Positions 1-8,963 of a stretch of 64,000 nt of DNA are shown here, one piece after another. The notes under the pieces were generated by a model. The model was given only the letters and a program-made list of their open reading frames with translations, was not told where the DNA came from and made no database searches. The position numbers were made by a program, and so were the translations under genes. The stretch covers positions 25,676 through 89,675 of the IMG/VR virus record IMGVR_UViG_3300044262_000032; one strand, written 5' to 3'. How positions within the stretch are numbered: the first letter of the stretch is position 1; the number at the start of each line of letters is the position of its first letter. The DNA comes from a virus (Duplodnaviria; Caudoviricetes).

Positions 1-1
1 T

Positions 2-214
2 TCCATACCAGGGTTATCCGAAGAACAGAGAGCCCTTATCCACGAAGAAATTCTCAAGGAATCAGAAGATGTGATTTCCAACCTTATTATCATGGGACTG
101 GAATATCATCATCTGAAGATCGAGAACCTGAAGTCCACAGGTTCGGAAACTAAGAAAGTGAAACGTGGACTGTTTCTAGAGGAGACATCTGATGTCGGTG
201 GCACGGAAGGTTGA
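2..214 (+). CDS. hypothetical protein, 5'-truncated by window edge
   Basis: Open frame from base 2 to TGA at 212-214 (..LSEEQRALIHEEILKESEDV..), overlaps next gene. Confidence 0.55.
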   Translation, partial: SIPGLSEEQRALIHEEILKESEDVISNLIIMGLEYHHLKIENLKSTGSETKKVKRGLFLEETSDVGGTEG

Positions 215-563
215 GATTGATTATGACCTAGAGGTGCTGGCAGAAGCGGCGAAGGACGCCGGCTTCATTGTCAGTAGAAATGCTGGTGCCCGAGACTACT
301 GGGGCAAGCACATGAAGGGCGCTGAGAAGTGCGAGCTGGTTATCAGCTCCAAGACTCATAAGTTCGATATGGGTTTTGTAAAGCAGCCCAAGGGTGGCGT
401 GGTCATGTACGCGGATGCTCATGGTGGGCATGTGCAGAATGACCTGGCCAATAAGATTCTTCCCCGATATATGGAGAAGATGGTAGATCGTAGCAAGCGG
501 TTCAAGGTATCGGGCCGCACAGAGACCGCGAAGATGATTACTTTGACGGTCGGCCGGAGGTAG
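192..563 (+). CDS. DUF1257 (Ycf35-like) family protein
   Basis: LAEAAKDAGF..ARDYWG..CELVI..FDMGFVKQ..YAD pattern; next to DUF2997-like ORF and Ycf46-like ATPase. Confidence 0.6.
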   Translation: MSVARKVEIDYDLEVLAEAAKDAGFIVSRNAGARDYWGKHMKGAEKCELVISSKTHKFDMGFVKQPKGGVVMYADAHGGHVQNDLANKILPRYMEKMVDRSKRFKVSGRTETAKMITLTVGRR

Positions 564-564
564 C

Positions 565-729
565 GTGAAGCGCCGTCCAGCACTTCCACTACAACGGAAG
601 TTAATTAGACCTATTGTAGTGGCAAATATGCTGGGGGATGAAAAGACGCTCTGGTGCCAATCCGGTGTAGGGAAGAGAACTAGGCCGGTAAATGTCCAGA
701 AGGTTTACGAAAGGAATCCAAATGGCTGA
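565..729 (+). CDS. small hypothetical protein (54 aa)
   Basis: GTG after GGAGG (556-560); fills the gap between two genes; not in ORF track. Confidence 0.35.
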   Translation: MKRRPALPLQRKLIRPIVVANMLGDEKTLWCQSGVGKRTRPVNVQKVYERNPNG

Positions 730-916
730 TATTCGGATCATGATCGACAAGAGTACCTTCCCCCCAACCATCACTACAGAGGTGGATGGGATGAAGGGTG
801 AGGGCTGTACCGCATTTCTCGATGAACTACAGAAGATCCTAAGAATGGAAACGAAGCAACAGACCCTCAAGCCTGATTACAAAACTGTGGGGCAGAAGCT
901 CCCTGCACGGAGGTAG
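722..916 (+). CDS. DUF2997 family protein
   Basis: IRIMID..ITTEVDGMKGEGC..L..L......KPDY motif; GAAAGGA SD before ATG 722. Confidence 0.7.
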   Translation: MADIRIMIDKSTFPPTITTEVDGMKGEGCTAFLDELQKILRMETKQQTLKPDYKTVGQKLPARR

Positions 917-917
917 T

Positions 918-1193
918 ATGCTAAAAAAGATTGGGAAGTGGTTGTGGGACACAGGTCTTGATATGTTTTTTATGGCCGCGGGGGCGGTAGGCTTTATCCT
1001 CGCCCATAAGAATCGGGATGCGTTTATGCTTGCAACCAGTATGTGGCTCTTGACTGTTCCGCTGTTTGACAGGAAGTTGAAGATCATCACGGAGCAACTG
1101 CGAATGCTCATTATTGCACAGCTCCCTCATGTGTTCATGGCTGAACAGACCATCAAGAAGATGGAGGCGGCTGAGCAGCAGGAGGCGAAGTAA
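918..1193 (+). CDS. hypothetical membrane protein
   Basis: GGAGG SD, two hydrophobic segments. Confidence 0.7.
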   Translation: MLKKIGKWLWDTGLDMFFMAAGAVGFILAHKNRDAFMLATSMWLLTVPLFDRKLKIITEQLRMLIIAQLPHVFMAEQTIKKMEAAEQQEAK

Positions 1194-1636
1194 TGACTTA
1201 CCCGTCGACTACTCGTGAATCCACCACCGCAGTTTGCTATGTGTGCGAGGAAGAGATTTCCAAAGTACACATGGTCTGCATTGGCCCAGATCACGATAAT
1301 GAGGGTAAGTATATCTATCGGTGCGACGACTGTTTTACAGGGTCGCCAAAGTGGATCAAACATTTTATGCACAAATCCAAGCTAGGAGACCTATTTATCA
1401 ATGTCGTCAAAGCCCAAGAAGCCGAAAGATCTGGTGAGAATTCTGTTCCCAAGCCTAGGAAAATCAGGAAGGACAGACTCAAGAAACTGCGAGAACGAAG
1501 TGACAAACCTGCCGTCAAGACTAAACGGCGTTCACGCACCACACCTGAAACGACAAAAGAAGTGAAGGGAGGGCGGAAAAAGATTGGGAGACGAAAGCGC
1601 AACAGTAGAAATGTGTCCATCCGTAGATCTGGATGA
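1193..1636 (+). CDS. hypothetical Zn-finger protein with basic C-terminus
   Basis: CYVC..C..H..CDDC; Lys/Arg-rich tail; TAATG coupling. Confidence 0.7.
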   Translation: MTYPSTTRESTTAVCYVCEEEISKVHMVCIGPDHDNEGKYIYRCDDCFTGSPKWIKHFMHKSKLGDLFINVVKAQEAERSGENSVPKPRKIRKDRLKKLRERSDKPAVKTKRRSRTTPETTKEVKGGRKKIGRRKRNSRNVSIRRSG

Positions 1637-1790
1637 CATTCACTTTGAGGTGGATGAACATTTTCAGATCCGAATGTACGGTAATGATTCCAAGCTGTTA
1701 GAAGTAGCGTGCTGTCTCTGTGCAAGGCGCACAACCTGTAAAGGTGACACCGCTGGGCTAATGGCTGAATGTAGTATTCCCTGTGGTTAA
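1584..1790 (+). CDS. small Cys-rich hypothetical protein
   Basis: ORF track; CCLC..C..C..C; start may be 1611. Confidence 0.5.
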   Translation: MGDESATVEMCPSVDLDDIHFEVDEHFQIRMYGNDSKLLEVACCLCARRTTCKGDTAGLMAECSIPCG

Positions 1791-1800
1791 AGGAGGAAGT

Positions 1801-2400
1801 ATGAAAAAGTTCTTTCATCCGCGAATGACTCTGGATCCTAAGCGCGTTCAGCACTTCAAGAACCACGGCCGAACCTGTTTTATTTGTGGGTTGCCGGCTG
1901 AACACTCCGTTGCGGAGTGGCCAAATCAGTCCGATCTGTTTCAGCTATTTCTCTGCACCGCGCATTTTGCCCGGATGTTCAAAATGCCGGCTAACCGTTT
2001 CGAGAAAAAGAAGAAGGCGAAGGTGGTCACGGTGCAGAAGAAGGTGCGGGAGTTTACGCTTCGCCGGCACATGGATATCCCACTCAAGTTTGTTGGAGAG
2101 CGTCTGGTTAGCAGACATTTTAGGTGCACCGAAGCTAATTGGTTTCTCGCGTTCTATAAGACGGCAACAGGTACACAGGTGGTAAGTGTTGCGAGAGTCT
2201 TTTCGAAGAGCATGGCGTTCAATATTGTTCTCGAAGTCAATAAGCAGGATCATCGCGTAAAAGACTTTGTTGAGGCCACCAAGACCGCTTTTCGTGCTCA
2301 TGAAGAGATTAGCAAGTACGATGAAACGGCTCTGCTTGAGATTATGCCGCAGGTCACCAGATTCTTTGAAGATTGTGCTAGTCATGTAAGTGTACTCTAA
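1801..2400 (+). CDS. hypothetical protein with Zn-finger
   Basis: AGGAGG SD; CFIC..CTAH. Confidence 0.75.
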   Translation: MKKFFHPRMTLDPKRVQHFKNHGRTCFICGLPAEHSVAEWPNQSDLFQLFLCTAHFARMFKMPANRFEKKKKAKVVTVQKKVREFTLRRHMDIPLKFVGERLVSRHFRCTEANWFLAFYKTATGTQVVSVARVFSKSMAFNIVLEVNKQDHRVKDFVEATKTAFRAHEEISKYDETALLEIMPQVTRFFEDCASHVSVL

Positions 2401-2409
2401 GGAGATCAG

Positions 2410-2760
2410 ATGCTTACTGACAAAGAAATGGAACTTGTTGTAAAGCTAGGGCAACAAGTCACTACAATCGGCACGGATGTCTGGTCAATTTATCGAAGTC
2501 AGGCAAAGGTTAGTGCGGTGATTGATTGTCTTCAGTATTCACTTCTAGCCGGGTTCTGGACCACGTTAAGTTTTAAGTGGAAAAAGATAATGGAGTTGGT
2601 CGAAGATAATGAAGGGCTGGCGGTAATCAGTTTCTTCGGGGGAGTTTTTATGGTTGTCATAACTGCGATTGCGTTTTTCGCGGTATACGACACCATAACT
2701 GCTCTTGTCAATCCTGACTATTGGGCACTAAATAAGCTGATTTCGAAGCTGAAGGGCTAG
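2410..2760 (+). CDS. hypothetical membrane protein
   Basis: AGGAG SD; hydrophobic helices; C-terminal NPDYWAL. Confidence 0.75.
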   Translation: MLTDKEMELVVKLGQQVTTIGTDVWSIYRSQAKVSAVIDCLQYSLLAGFWTTLSFKWKKIMELVEDNEGLAVISFFGGVFMVVITAIAFFAVYDTITALVNPDYWALNKLISKLKG

Positions 2761-2768
2761 GAGATCCT

Positions 2769-4454
2769 ATGCACCTTTCGTTTGAAGATACCTTCCGCAC
2801 CTACCTCAAAGGCTCATTCCCAATCATCAACATTCAGACCAGAGAGGTAGACAGAACAACTGCTGCCCTTTTGGAGCAGACTAGAAAATGGAATGATCGT
2901 TTGATGAAGATGACTCTGCCTGAGGATAAGCAGCATCTGAAGATAGATGGCTACTCCGTTATGACCTGGGACTGTATCAATGGTTGGCGTGATGCGGTCA
3001 ATCGCAAGATTATGATAGACAACACGGGTAAAACTCCCCAAGATGGGCTCAAATGGCTTATAGGGGATCAGCCTCGTGCCGGTGTCTATATCATGCAGAA
3101 CGCCCACATGTTCTATGGTGACACTTATACGCTTCCTGAGCTTATCCAGCTCTTTCGTGAGCAGTATGAGCAGGGGAAACAGCACAATCGTCATCTGTTT
3201 CTAGTAGGTGATTCGGGTGAGTTGCCGGTTGAGCTTCAACCTTTGACCGTAGTTATTGACTTCCCACTTCCTTCACTCAAGGAACTCGAAGTCTATGTGA
3301 GTGACTATGTGGAGAGTCAGGGACTACAGATATCAGCCGCAACTGCGAAGGCTGCTGCCGACGCCGCTACTGGTATGACTGTCTACGAGGTAGAGTCTGC
3401 CATCTGTGTGGCAGCTGCTGTCAGTAATGGGAAGGACATTGACCGTGACATCGTCTTCGCGGAAAAAGCTAAAGCAGTCAAACGATCCGGTCTCTTGGAA
3501 CACATTCCTACGGATGCAACATTGGCCCAAATCGGAGGGCTGGAAAACTTCAAGGGCTGGCTCAACAAAGTCAGTGCGCCGTTCAAAGATCCAGAAGCCG
3601 CAAGAGAGTACGGACTCCCCATGCCCAAGGGCTGTCTTGTTGCGGGGATATCGGGGACCGGGAAGAGTGCTGCCGCGAAAGCTACGGCAAACTTGTTTGG
3701 AGTGCCTCTCTTCAGGCTCGACATCGGTAGAGTGTTTGGAGGATTGGTTGGAGAGACTGAGCGCAAAACTCGTCAGCTCATCCAGCTCATGGAAGCAGTC
3801 GCACCTGGCGTTATCCTCATTGATGAAGTCGAGAAGGCTCTCGCGGGTCTCGGCTCCTCCGACGCGACAGACTCGGGCGTTACTGCTCGACTGATGTCCA
3901 ATCTTCTGTACTGGCTACAAGAGAAAACTGTTCCTATCTATATCATGGCCACCGCTAACGAGGTAGGAAAGCTGCCGCCCGAAATGCTGCGTAAAGGACG
4001 CTTCGATGAGTTGTGGTTTGTAGATTTGCCCACCGAGATTGAGCGTAGAGCAATCATGCAGATTCATCTGGAGAAGACTGGACGAAGCATTAAGCAGTTC
4101 AAGGGGTTTGAAGTCCTCGCGGGTAACCCGACCCTTGGCTACACGGGTGCAGAGATTGAAGCGGTTGTCAAGCAGGCAATGTTTGATGCGTTTAGTGATG
4201 GACAGAGAGAGTTTACTCTTCTTGATATTCAGAACGCTATCAACCAAACCGTTCCGCTCATCAAGACGAAGTCTAAAGAAATCGCTGACTTGCGAGCCTG
4301 GGCCTCAAACAAGGCTCGGCAAGCTAATGCTGGTGAGAGTGTGCAGATTGCAGCCATTCCTGAAAAGAAGGGGTCTGGGATCTTCTTTGACGGGGACGCT
4401 TTTCAAGCACTTGAAAAAGGAACTCGCCGCCGCAGTAGACGAGAAGACGGCTAA
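2769..4454 (+). CDS. Ycf46-like AAA+ ATPase
   Basis: Walker A GISGTGKS, Walker B ILIDEVEK, GGLVGETE pore loop, RKGRFDE arginine finger, degenerate N-terminal AAA module. Confidence 0.9.
   Translation: MHLSFEDTFRTYLKGSFPIINIQTREVDRTTAALLEQTRKWNDRLMKMTLPEDKQHLKIDGYSVMTWDCINGWRDAVNRKIMIDNTGKTPQDGLKWLIGDQPRAGVYIMQNAHMFYGDTYTLPELIQLFREQYEQGKQHNRHLFLVGDSGELPVELQPLTVVIDFPLPSLKELEVYVSDYVESQGLQISAATAKAAADAATGMTVYEVESAICVAAAVSNGKDIDRDIVFAEKAKAVKRSGLLEHIPTDATLAQIGGLENFKGWLNKVSAPFKDPEAAREYGLPMPKGCLVAGISGTGKSAAAKATANLFGVPLFRLDIGRVFGGLVGETERKTRQLIQLMEAVAPGVILIDEVEKALAGLGSSDATDSGVTARLMSNLLYWLQEKTVPIYIMATANEVGKLPPEMLRKGRFDELWFVDLPTEIERRAIMQIHLEKTGRSIKQFKGFEVLAGNPTLGYTGAEIEAVVKQAMFDAFSDGQREFTLLDIQNAINQTVPLIKTKSKEIADLRAWASNKARQANAGESVQIAAIPEKKGSGIFFDGDAFQALEKGTRRRSRREDG
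4400..4417. promoter_or_regulatory. 18-bp palindromic site, copy 1 (TTTTCAAGCACTTGAAAA)
   Basis: One core mismatch; 40 bp upstream of the initiator promoter. Confidence 0.55.
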
Positions 4455-4456
4455 CC

Positions 4457-4485
4457 TTGACAAGGCTCAGCCGGCGCTGTACTGT
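4457..4485 (+). promoter_or_regulatory. sigma70-type promoter for the replication operon
   Basis: TTGACA-17 bp-TACTGT. Confidence 0.6.
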
Positions 4486-4514
4486 CTATAGGTAACTTCT
4501 CAAGGGGGCGGTTT

Positions 4515-5591
4515 ATGAGTTCACGATTTGTCGAAGATCCTCGATTTGTTCGTAAGTATGATGTGCGGGTGGAGATGATGGTTGGTACAAGAGCCGCCAT
4601 TTTCATTCAGCAAGTTCACTACCACGCTACTTGGAAAAGTGAAAAGTACAAGACGCTGGAATGGCGTTCTTCTATTTCAGAATGGGAGAAAACATTTCCG
4701 GGATGGAGTCGAAGCACAATCCGTCAGATCATAAAAGACTGTCATGCTTGTGGGGTATTAAAGATTCGTAAGGAGACTACTAGAGCAGGGGAGTCACATT
4801 GGTTTTCCCTCGACTACAAGATTCTTGATGAAATCGGTAGTAGAGGAGAACAAATGATAGAGGAGGTCTATGCCAAAAATGAGCATACCCCCGAGACCCC
4901 TGTCGAAAATCAGCAACCCCCCATGTCAGAAATTGACAAACCCCCTGTCGGAAATCAGCACCATCTACTACATCTTTCTACTACAGCAGTATCTACTACA
5001 AACAAAAGAAGCGATGCTACCGCATCGCCATCGTACGAACTGCTACCAGCTCCACAAAAACTGCCGGAAACAGCAACAGCTCCTCCCCCGCGCCGCGCCA
5101 CCCCCTCCTCAGCGGAGCTGAAGAAGACGATCCGCACGAAGCATCAGGAGCAGTATCAAAGGAACTATGATGAGAAACATTCCCCATCCACTCTTATGAA
5201 GCTCTGGCAGTTCATGCTGAATGAAGCACATGGGAAGAAAGCGGCTATTGGCTTTACCGCCAAGGATCGCAAGAATACAGATGCTTTCATCAAATGGTGC
5301 GATGAGTCTGGTGAAAGGGCAGACGAGTTGCTTAGCTGGTGCATTGCAAACTGGGATTCGTTGAGAGCGGTTCATATGAAGTGGGCAAATCTAACACCGA
5401 TGCCTCTCTACGGTACAATCATGGGGTTGAAGGAATACTTCCTGACTAGCAAACGAGCAATTGGTGGCGGTAAACGTGAAGCGAAGCCGCGTGAAGTATT
5501 CACTTCGGTTGATCAGATCCCAATGGATCATCCGCTCCATGCTCAACTCAAGTTGATTGTTGAGACTGTAGGAAGGGCTGAGGTTCTATGA
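4515..5591 (+). CDS. phage replication initiator (lambda O-like, N-terminal HTH)
   Basis: HTH-like EWEKTFPGWSRSTIRQIIKDC; internal iteron-like repeats; upstream of loader-like gene and dnaB. Confidence 0.7.
   Translation: MSSRFVEDPRFVRKYDVRVEMMVGTRAAIFIQQVHYHATWKSEKYKTLEWRSSISEWEKTFPGWSRSTIRQIIKDCHACGVLKIRKETTRAGESHWFSLDYKILDEIGSRGEQMIEEVYAKNEHTPETPVENQQPPMSEIDKPPVGNQHHLLHLSTTAVSTTNKRSDATASPSYELLPAPQKLPETATAPPPRRATPSSAELKKTIRTKHQEQYQRNYDEKHSPSTLMKLWQFMLNEAHGKKAAIGFTAKDRKNTDAFIKWCDESGERADELLSWCIANWDSLRAVHMKWANLTPMPLYGTIMGLKEYFLTSKRAIGGGKREAKPREVFTSVDQIPMDHPLHAQLKLIVETVGRAEVL
4871..5000. repeat. putative replication origin: four iterons plus three TCTACTACA 9-mers
   Basis: TGYCrrAAATnrrCA at 4871, 4901, 4924, 4946; TCTACTACA at 4964, 4977, 4992. 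Confidence 0.65.
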
Positions 5592-5932
5592 GTGACATCC
5601 AGGATTATGGTGTAATACTGTGGAGCGTCATTCGACAGGTTTGTAAAGCATTATGGCTATTCGCACTGATTCCTATCTTTACACTAGGCATGATGTTCGC
5701 TCTGCCTGTCCTGTGCATTGTCGTCTTTGCGAGATTAGCAGCCATATTGCTTATGACACAGCACAAGCCTGCCAGAACTGTACTGATGAAGACACTTAGA
5801 GGGGAGAATGATGCTGACACAGACGGTGACTATTCCAATCTGGAAGTTGGGTTTAATGTCGATCTTGAGCGTGATCTTGTGGGAGCTAGTCAAGTACGGC
5901 GTGAAAGATCTGTTGCAAATCGCCTACTATAA
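5588..5932 (+). CDS. hypothetical membrane protein
   Basis: ATGA coupling to initiator; long hydrophobic stretch. Confidence 0.6.
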   Translation: MSDIQDYGVILWSVIRQVCKALWLFALIPIFTLGMMFALPVLCIVVFARLAAILLMTQHKPARTVLMKTLRGENDADTDGDYSNLEVGFNVDLERDLVGASQVRRERSVANRLL

Positions 5933-6065
5933 GCGGGAGAGTATCGACATTACACTCAAGGTGAAAGTCTACTTCTGGGATTGGGGCGGTCGACTTCATT
6001 TCGAAGAACAGGGCTACACACGAAAGCTGCCACCTATCGACTTTAAGGACTTTGTAAAGAAATGA
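5808..6065 (+). CDS. hypothetical membrane protein
   Basis: AGGGGAG SD; one TM; ATGA coupling to next gene. Confidence 0.6.
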   Translation: MMLTQTVTIPIWKLGLMSILSVILWELVKYGVKDLLQIAYYKRESIDITLKVKVYFWDWGGRLHFEEQGYTRKLPPIDFKDFVKK

Positions 6066-6589
6066 TAATTGAAAATGTCTTTGACAAGATTAAGGAGGGG
6101 ATGCTCCATGCGGGCGTCCCCTCTAGTTTTGTCTCTGCATCAATGAAGCCTCTGGATGAGACTACCGGCAAGAGAGTTAAGCTAGCCGTAAAGTTGATGG
6201 AAACGAAACCCTTGATCTTTGTAACAGGGGTAGACTCCCCGATTAAAGATACTGTATGTGCCCAAATTATGTATCAGTATATGCTGGCGCACAATAAGAA
6301 TGGGTTGTGGCTTACTCCATCAACTATCCCAACCTCATTCACGGAGGAGCGTCTCAAGACCCGAGGCATCACGGTCATTCTGGGATTAGAGATTCTACAG
6401 GTCTTTCAAATAAAGGCAGTAGCACAGCTTCTTAGGGATAGATTGCCACATGGCGCAGCCTTTATCATCAGTATGGGGACAGATACGGCTCATGAAGCTA
6501 TTTTCGGAGCAGATCTAACTGACTACCTCTCCCACTATGCCGTCATGTTCAATGTGAAGAGTGAACGGCAAGAGATAGCGAAGGTGTAG
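6062..6589 (+). CDS. degenerate DnaC/IstB-like helicase loader
   Basis: Position between initiator and dnaB; GVPSSFVSAS, FVTGVDSPIKDT (broken Walker A), ITVILGLE (broken Walker B). Confidence 0.5.
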   Translation: MIIENVFDKIKEGMLHAGVPSSFVSASMKPLDETTGKRVKLAVKLMETKPLIFVTGVDSPIKDTVCAQIMYQYMLAHNKNGLWLTPSTIPTSFTEERLKTRGITVILGLEILQVFQIKAVAQLLRDRLPHGAAFIISMGTDTAHEAIFGADLTDYLSHYAVMFNVKSERQEIAKV

Positions 6590-6590
6590 T

Positions 6591-7877
6591 TTGCAGTCAA
6601 TTGGACTGAACCTCATTGCTCGTATTCTTGAGGACGGCCGGCTATCGGACTTCTATTCTCTCAAGAGGGAATACTTCTACGAGAGCGAAGTCCCGATTTA
6701 CGACCGAGTACACGACCATGTGAAAGCACATGGGGTTCTGCCCTCACTCAGTATGCTACAGCGTCATGCGGACATTGATCCGCCAGATTCACCAGATCCG
6801 TATGGCGTTTGGCGTGACGAGTATGTGGGTCGGGCCATGCACAATCAGTTCGGCGCACTCATGCCTATCCTCAATCGTCTGCTGTCAGCTGGAAAGCCGA
6901 TGGATGCGGTCAACGAAGTTATTCGCTTCGTAGAGCAGACTCAGTCCATTCGGTCTGATGGCGCACGGGATCTAACAAATATGGTCGTGATTGGGGAGGA
7001 GGTACTTGCCGAGTTTCAGAGATTACGCAGCCTACAGGGGTTGTCTGGGATTCCATCGGGATGGAGATCACTCGACGCCACTACTCACGGTTTTCAGAGA
7101 GGCGATCTGATCGTATTTGCTGCGCGTCCTGGAGTTGGCAAATCAACAGTTGCGGCAAGATTGGCAATAGAGGCACACCGAGCTGGGCACATTCCCTTGA
7201 TAGTCTCAATGGAAATGAAGAGACTCCAACTTGGTGCTAGACTCGTCGGTATTTTGGGTGGACTCAATATGAGAACACTTAGACGAGGAGAATTGGTAAC
7301 TCCGGTAGAGGAGTTAATAGCCTCAGCGGTTGCTGAATTAAATGCAAAACTGCCGTTCTATTTTATTGAGGGGCAGTTTAGACAGGATGTGAATGAGCTG
7401 GCAGCACTGGTACACTCCCTAGCTCCCGCGCTTCTGATTGTAGATGGCGCATACCTCCTTAAACTGCCGGGGGCTAACTCGCGGATGCCTCTCTGGGAGC
7501 GAATTGGGGAGATTGCACAGCGACTCAAGACTCTCGCCGCGACTACATCCATTCCTACAATTTGCACCTTTCAGATTAACCGTGAAGGCGGTAAGAAAGA
7601 CAAAAGTGGGAATGATCTTGGTGTTGAGCATCTTCAGTTGTCTGATGCAATCGGACAGTTGGCCTCTCTGATAGTCGCGGTCTTTAACGACGAAGAAGAA
7701 GATGCTTTAGATCAGGATCGTCGTCGTCGATTGAAGATCCTCAAAGGCAGAGAGGGTGAAGCAGGAGAGTTCTACATTCATTGGAATTGGGATCGATGTG
7801 ACTTTAGTGAGGTCGCTAGTGATGATATCCAGATAATCGAGGAATCTAGAGAACAGGAGAACCCGATCAATGAGTGA
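6591..7877 (+). CDS. dnaB: DnaB-like replicative helicase
   Basis: GFQRGDLIVFAARPGVGKS, SMEM, IVDGAYLL, TFQINR, KGREG; TTG start. Confidence 0.95.
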   Translation: MQSIGLNLIARILEDGRLSDFYSLKREYFYESEVPIYDRVHDHVKAHGVLPSLSMLQRHADIDPPDSPDPYGVWRDEYVGRAMHNQFGALMPILNRLLSAGKPMDAVNEVIRFVEQTQSIRSDGARDLTNMVVIGEEVLAEFQRLRSLQGLSGIPSGWRSLDATTHGFQRGDLIVFAARPGVGKSTVAARLAIEAHRAGHIPLIVSMEMKRLQLGARLVGILGGLNMRTLRRGELVTPVEELIASAVAELNAKLPFYFIEGQFRQDVNELAALVHSLAPALLIVDGAYLLKLPGANSRMPLWERIGEIAQRLKTLAATTSIPTICTFQINREGGKKDKSGNDLGVEHLQLSDAIGQLASLIVAVFNDEEEDALDQDRRRRLKILKGREGEAGEFYIHWNWDRCDFSEVASDDIQIIEESREQENPINE

Positions 7878-8121
7878 CGCTTTACAAGCGCTTGAACACC
7901 AGATGTTGATTGAAGAGGTAGATATCGCAGGTCAGTCTGTTGTTGGTGAGAACATTCAATCTCTCGAAGTTCCAAACAAGAGCTTTCCGGCGTGGAAGCT
8001 GGAGTACAAGGACTATGATGGCATACGAGTTCTCGTGGCAGCAGGCGTTCCTGTTCTTATCCGTGGGCGCAAGCTTACACCTATCGTGGAAGATACGGAA
8101 GTCTACATTGAGGAGGAGTGA
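7870..8121 (+). CDS. hypothetical protein
   Basis: AGGAG SD, overlap with dnaB stop. Confidence 0.7.
   Translation: MSDALQALEHQMLIEEVDIAGQSVVGENIQSLEVPNKSFPAWKLEYKDYDGIRVLVAAGVPVLIRGRKLTPIVEDTEVYIEEE
7881..7898. promoter_or_regulatory. 18-bp palindromic site, copy 2 (TTTACAAGCGCTTGAACA)
   Basis: Exact CAAGCGCTTG core. Confidence 0.6.
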
Positions 8122-8122
8122 A

Positions 8123-8401
8123 ATGCAGAGCGTAAAGTGCAGTAGATGTGACAAGACCAATGCGTATGAGTATGTGGCTCGGTATGGTAGATGTAATTTC
8201 TGTGGTATGTCCTTCAAGACTCAGCGTTCGGATACTGCCTTTGATAACAGCGCATTTGTCACACAGGTAGTTAACACTGCAATCATGGCCGATATTGCAA
8301 ATTCTACGTTTGACAGCCCTGGCGATTCTGGCTCCTCCGGGGGTTTTGATGGAGGTGGCGGTGGGGATTTTGGAGGTGGGGGATGCAGTGGAGACTTTTA
8401 A
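8123..8401 (+). CDS. Zn-ribbon protein with Gly-rich C-terminus
   Basis: GGAGGAG SD; CSRC..CNFC; ends GGFDGGGGGDFGGGGCSGDF. Confidence 0.7.
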   Translation: MQSVKCSRCDKTNAYEYVARYGRCNFCGMSFKTQRSDTAFDNSAFVTQVVNTAIMADIANSTFDSPGDSGSSGGFDGGGGGDFGGGGCSGDF

Positions 8402-8529
8402 TAGTAGTGCTTCTGCTCTGCTCACTAGGATGTACCGCTAAGTTCACAGGGGAGATTTCAGTAATGAAACGCTGGGATCGCCCTGGGGAAATCTCTAAGA
8501 TCGAAACCACAAGTGGAGAGCAGAAATGA
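8383..8529 (+). CDS. small lipoprotein (48 aa)
   Basis: MQWRLLIVVLLLCSLGC signal/lipobox; similar to 19564-19734; not in ORF track. Confidence 0.65.
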   Translation: MQWRLLIVVLLLCSLGCTAKFTGEISVMKRWDRPGEISKIETTSGEQK

Positions 8530-8960
8530 AAAAGACAGACGAGGGCTCCTGGCTCTCAATGCTCAAGATGGAACTGTCACTAATCGACAATTCCGATCTG
8601 AAAGAGCCGAAGTTGGAGCTGGGCGAAGATGACAATAAGGATGAGACTATTGTAGGAACAGCCTCACTAGAAGCGAGAAAGCTCTGGACTTATTCACTCG
8701 CCATGGAAGAAAAGGCTACTAGAAGTCTGGTCGACGCGAAGTATGAGGAGAGCGTTGACAAGAGAGAGGCGCTGATGAAGATCGCGGCTGAGACTAGAGC
8801 GAAGTCTGATATGGCGCACAGTATTCTTTTCCTATCCCTTCGTGATCAGTTTGGAATCTGGAACCCAACACTTGGTGTTGGAATCAGATCTGGCTGGAAG
8901 GTAGTCTCCTTTAAGTCAAAGAGTAATCCGCTGTTGGATCTTCTGAGAGGGGATCTATAA
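8526..8960 (+). CDS. hypothetical protein
   Basis: GGAG SD, ATGA coupling, helical sequence. Confidence 0.75.
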   Translation: MKKTDEGSWLSMLKMELSLIDNSDLKEPKLELGEDDNKDETIVGTASLEARKLWTYSLAMEEKATRSLVDAKYEESVDKREALMKIAAETRAKSDMAHSILFLSLRDQFGIWNPTLGVGIRSGWKVVSFKSKSNPLLDLLRGDL

Positions 8961-8963
8961 GAC

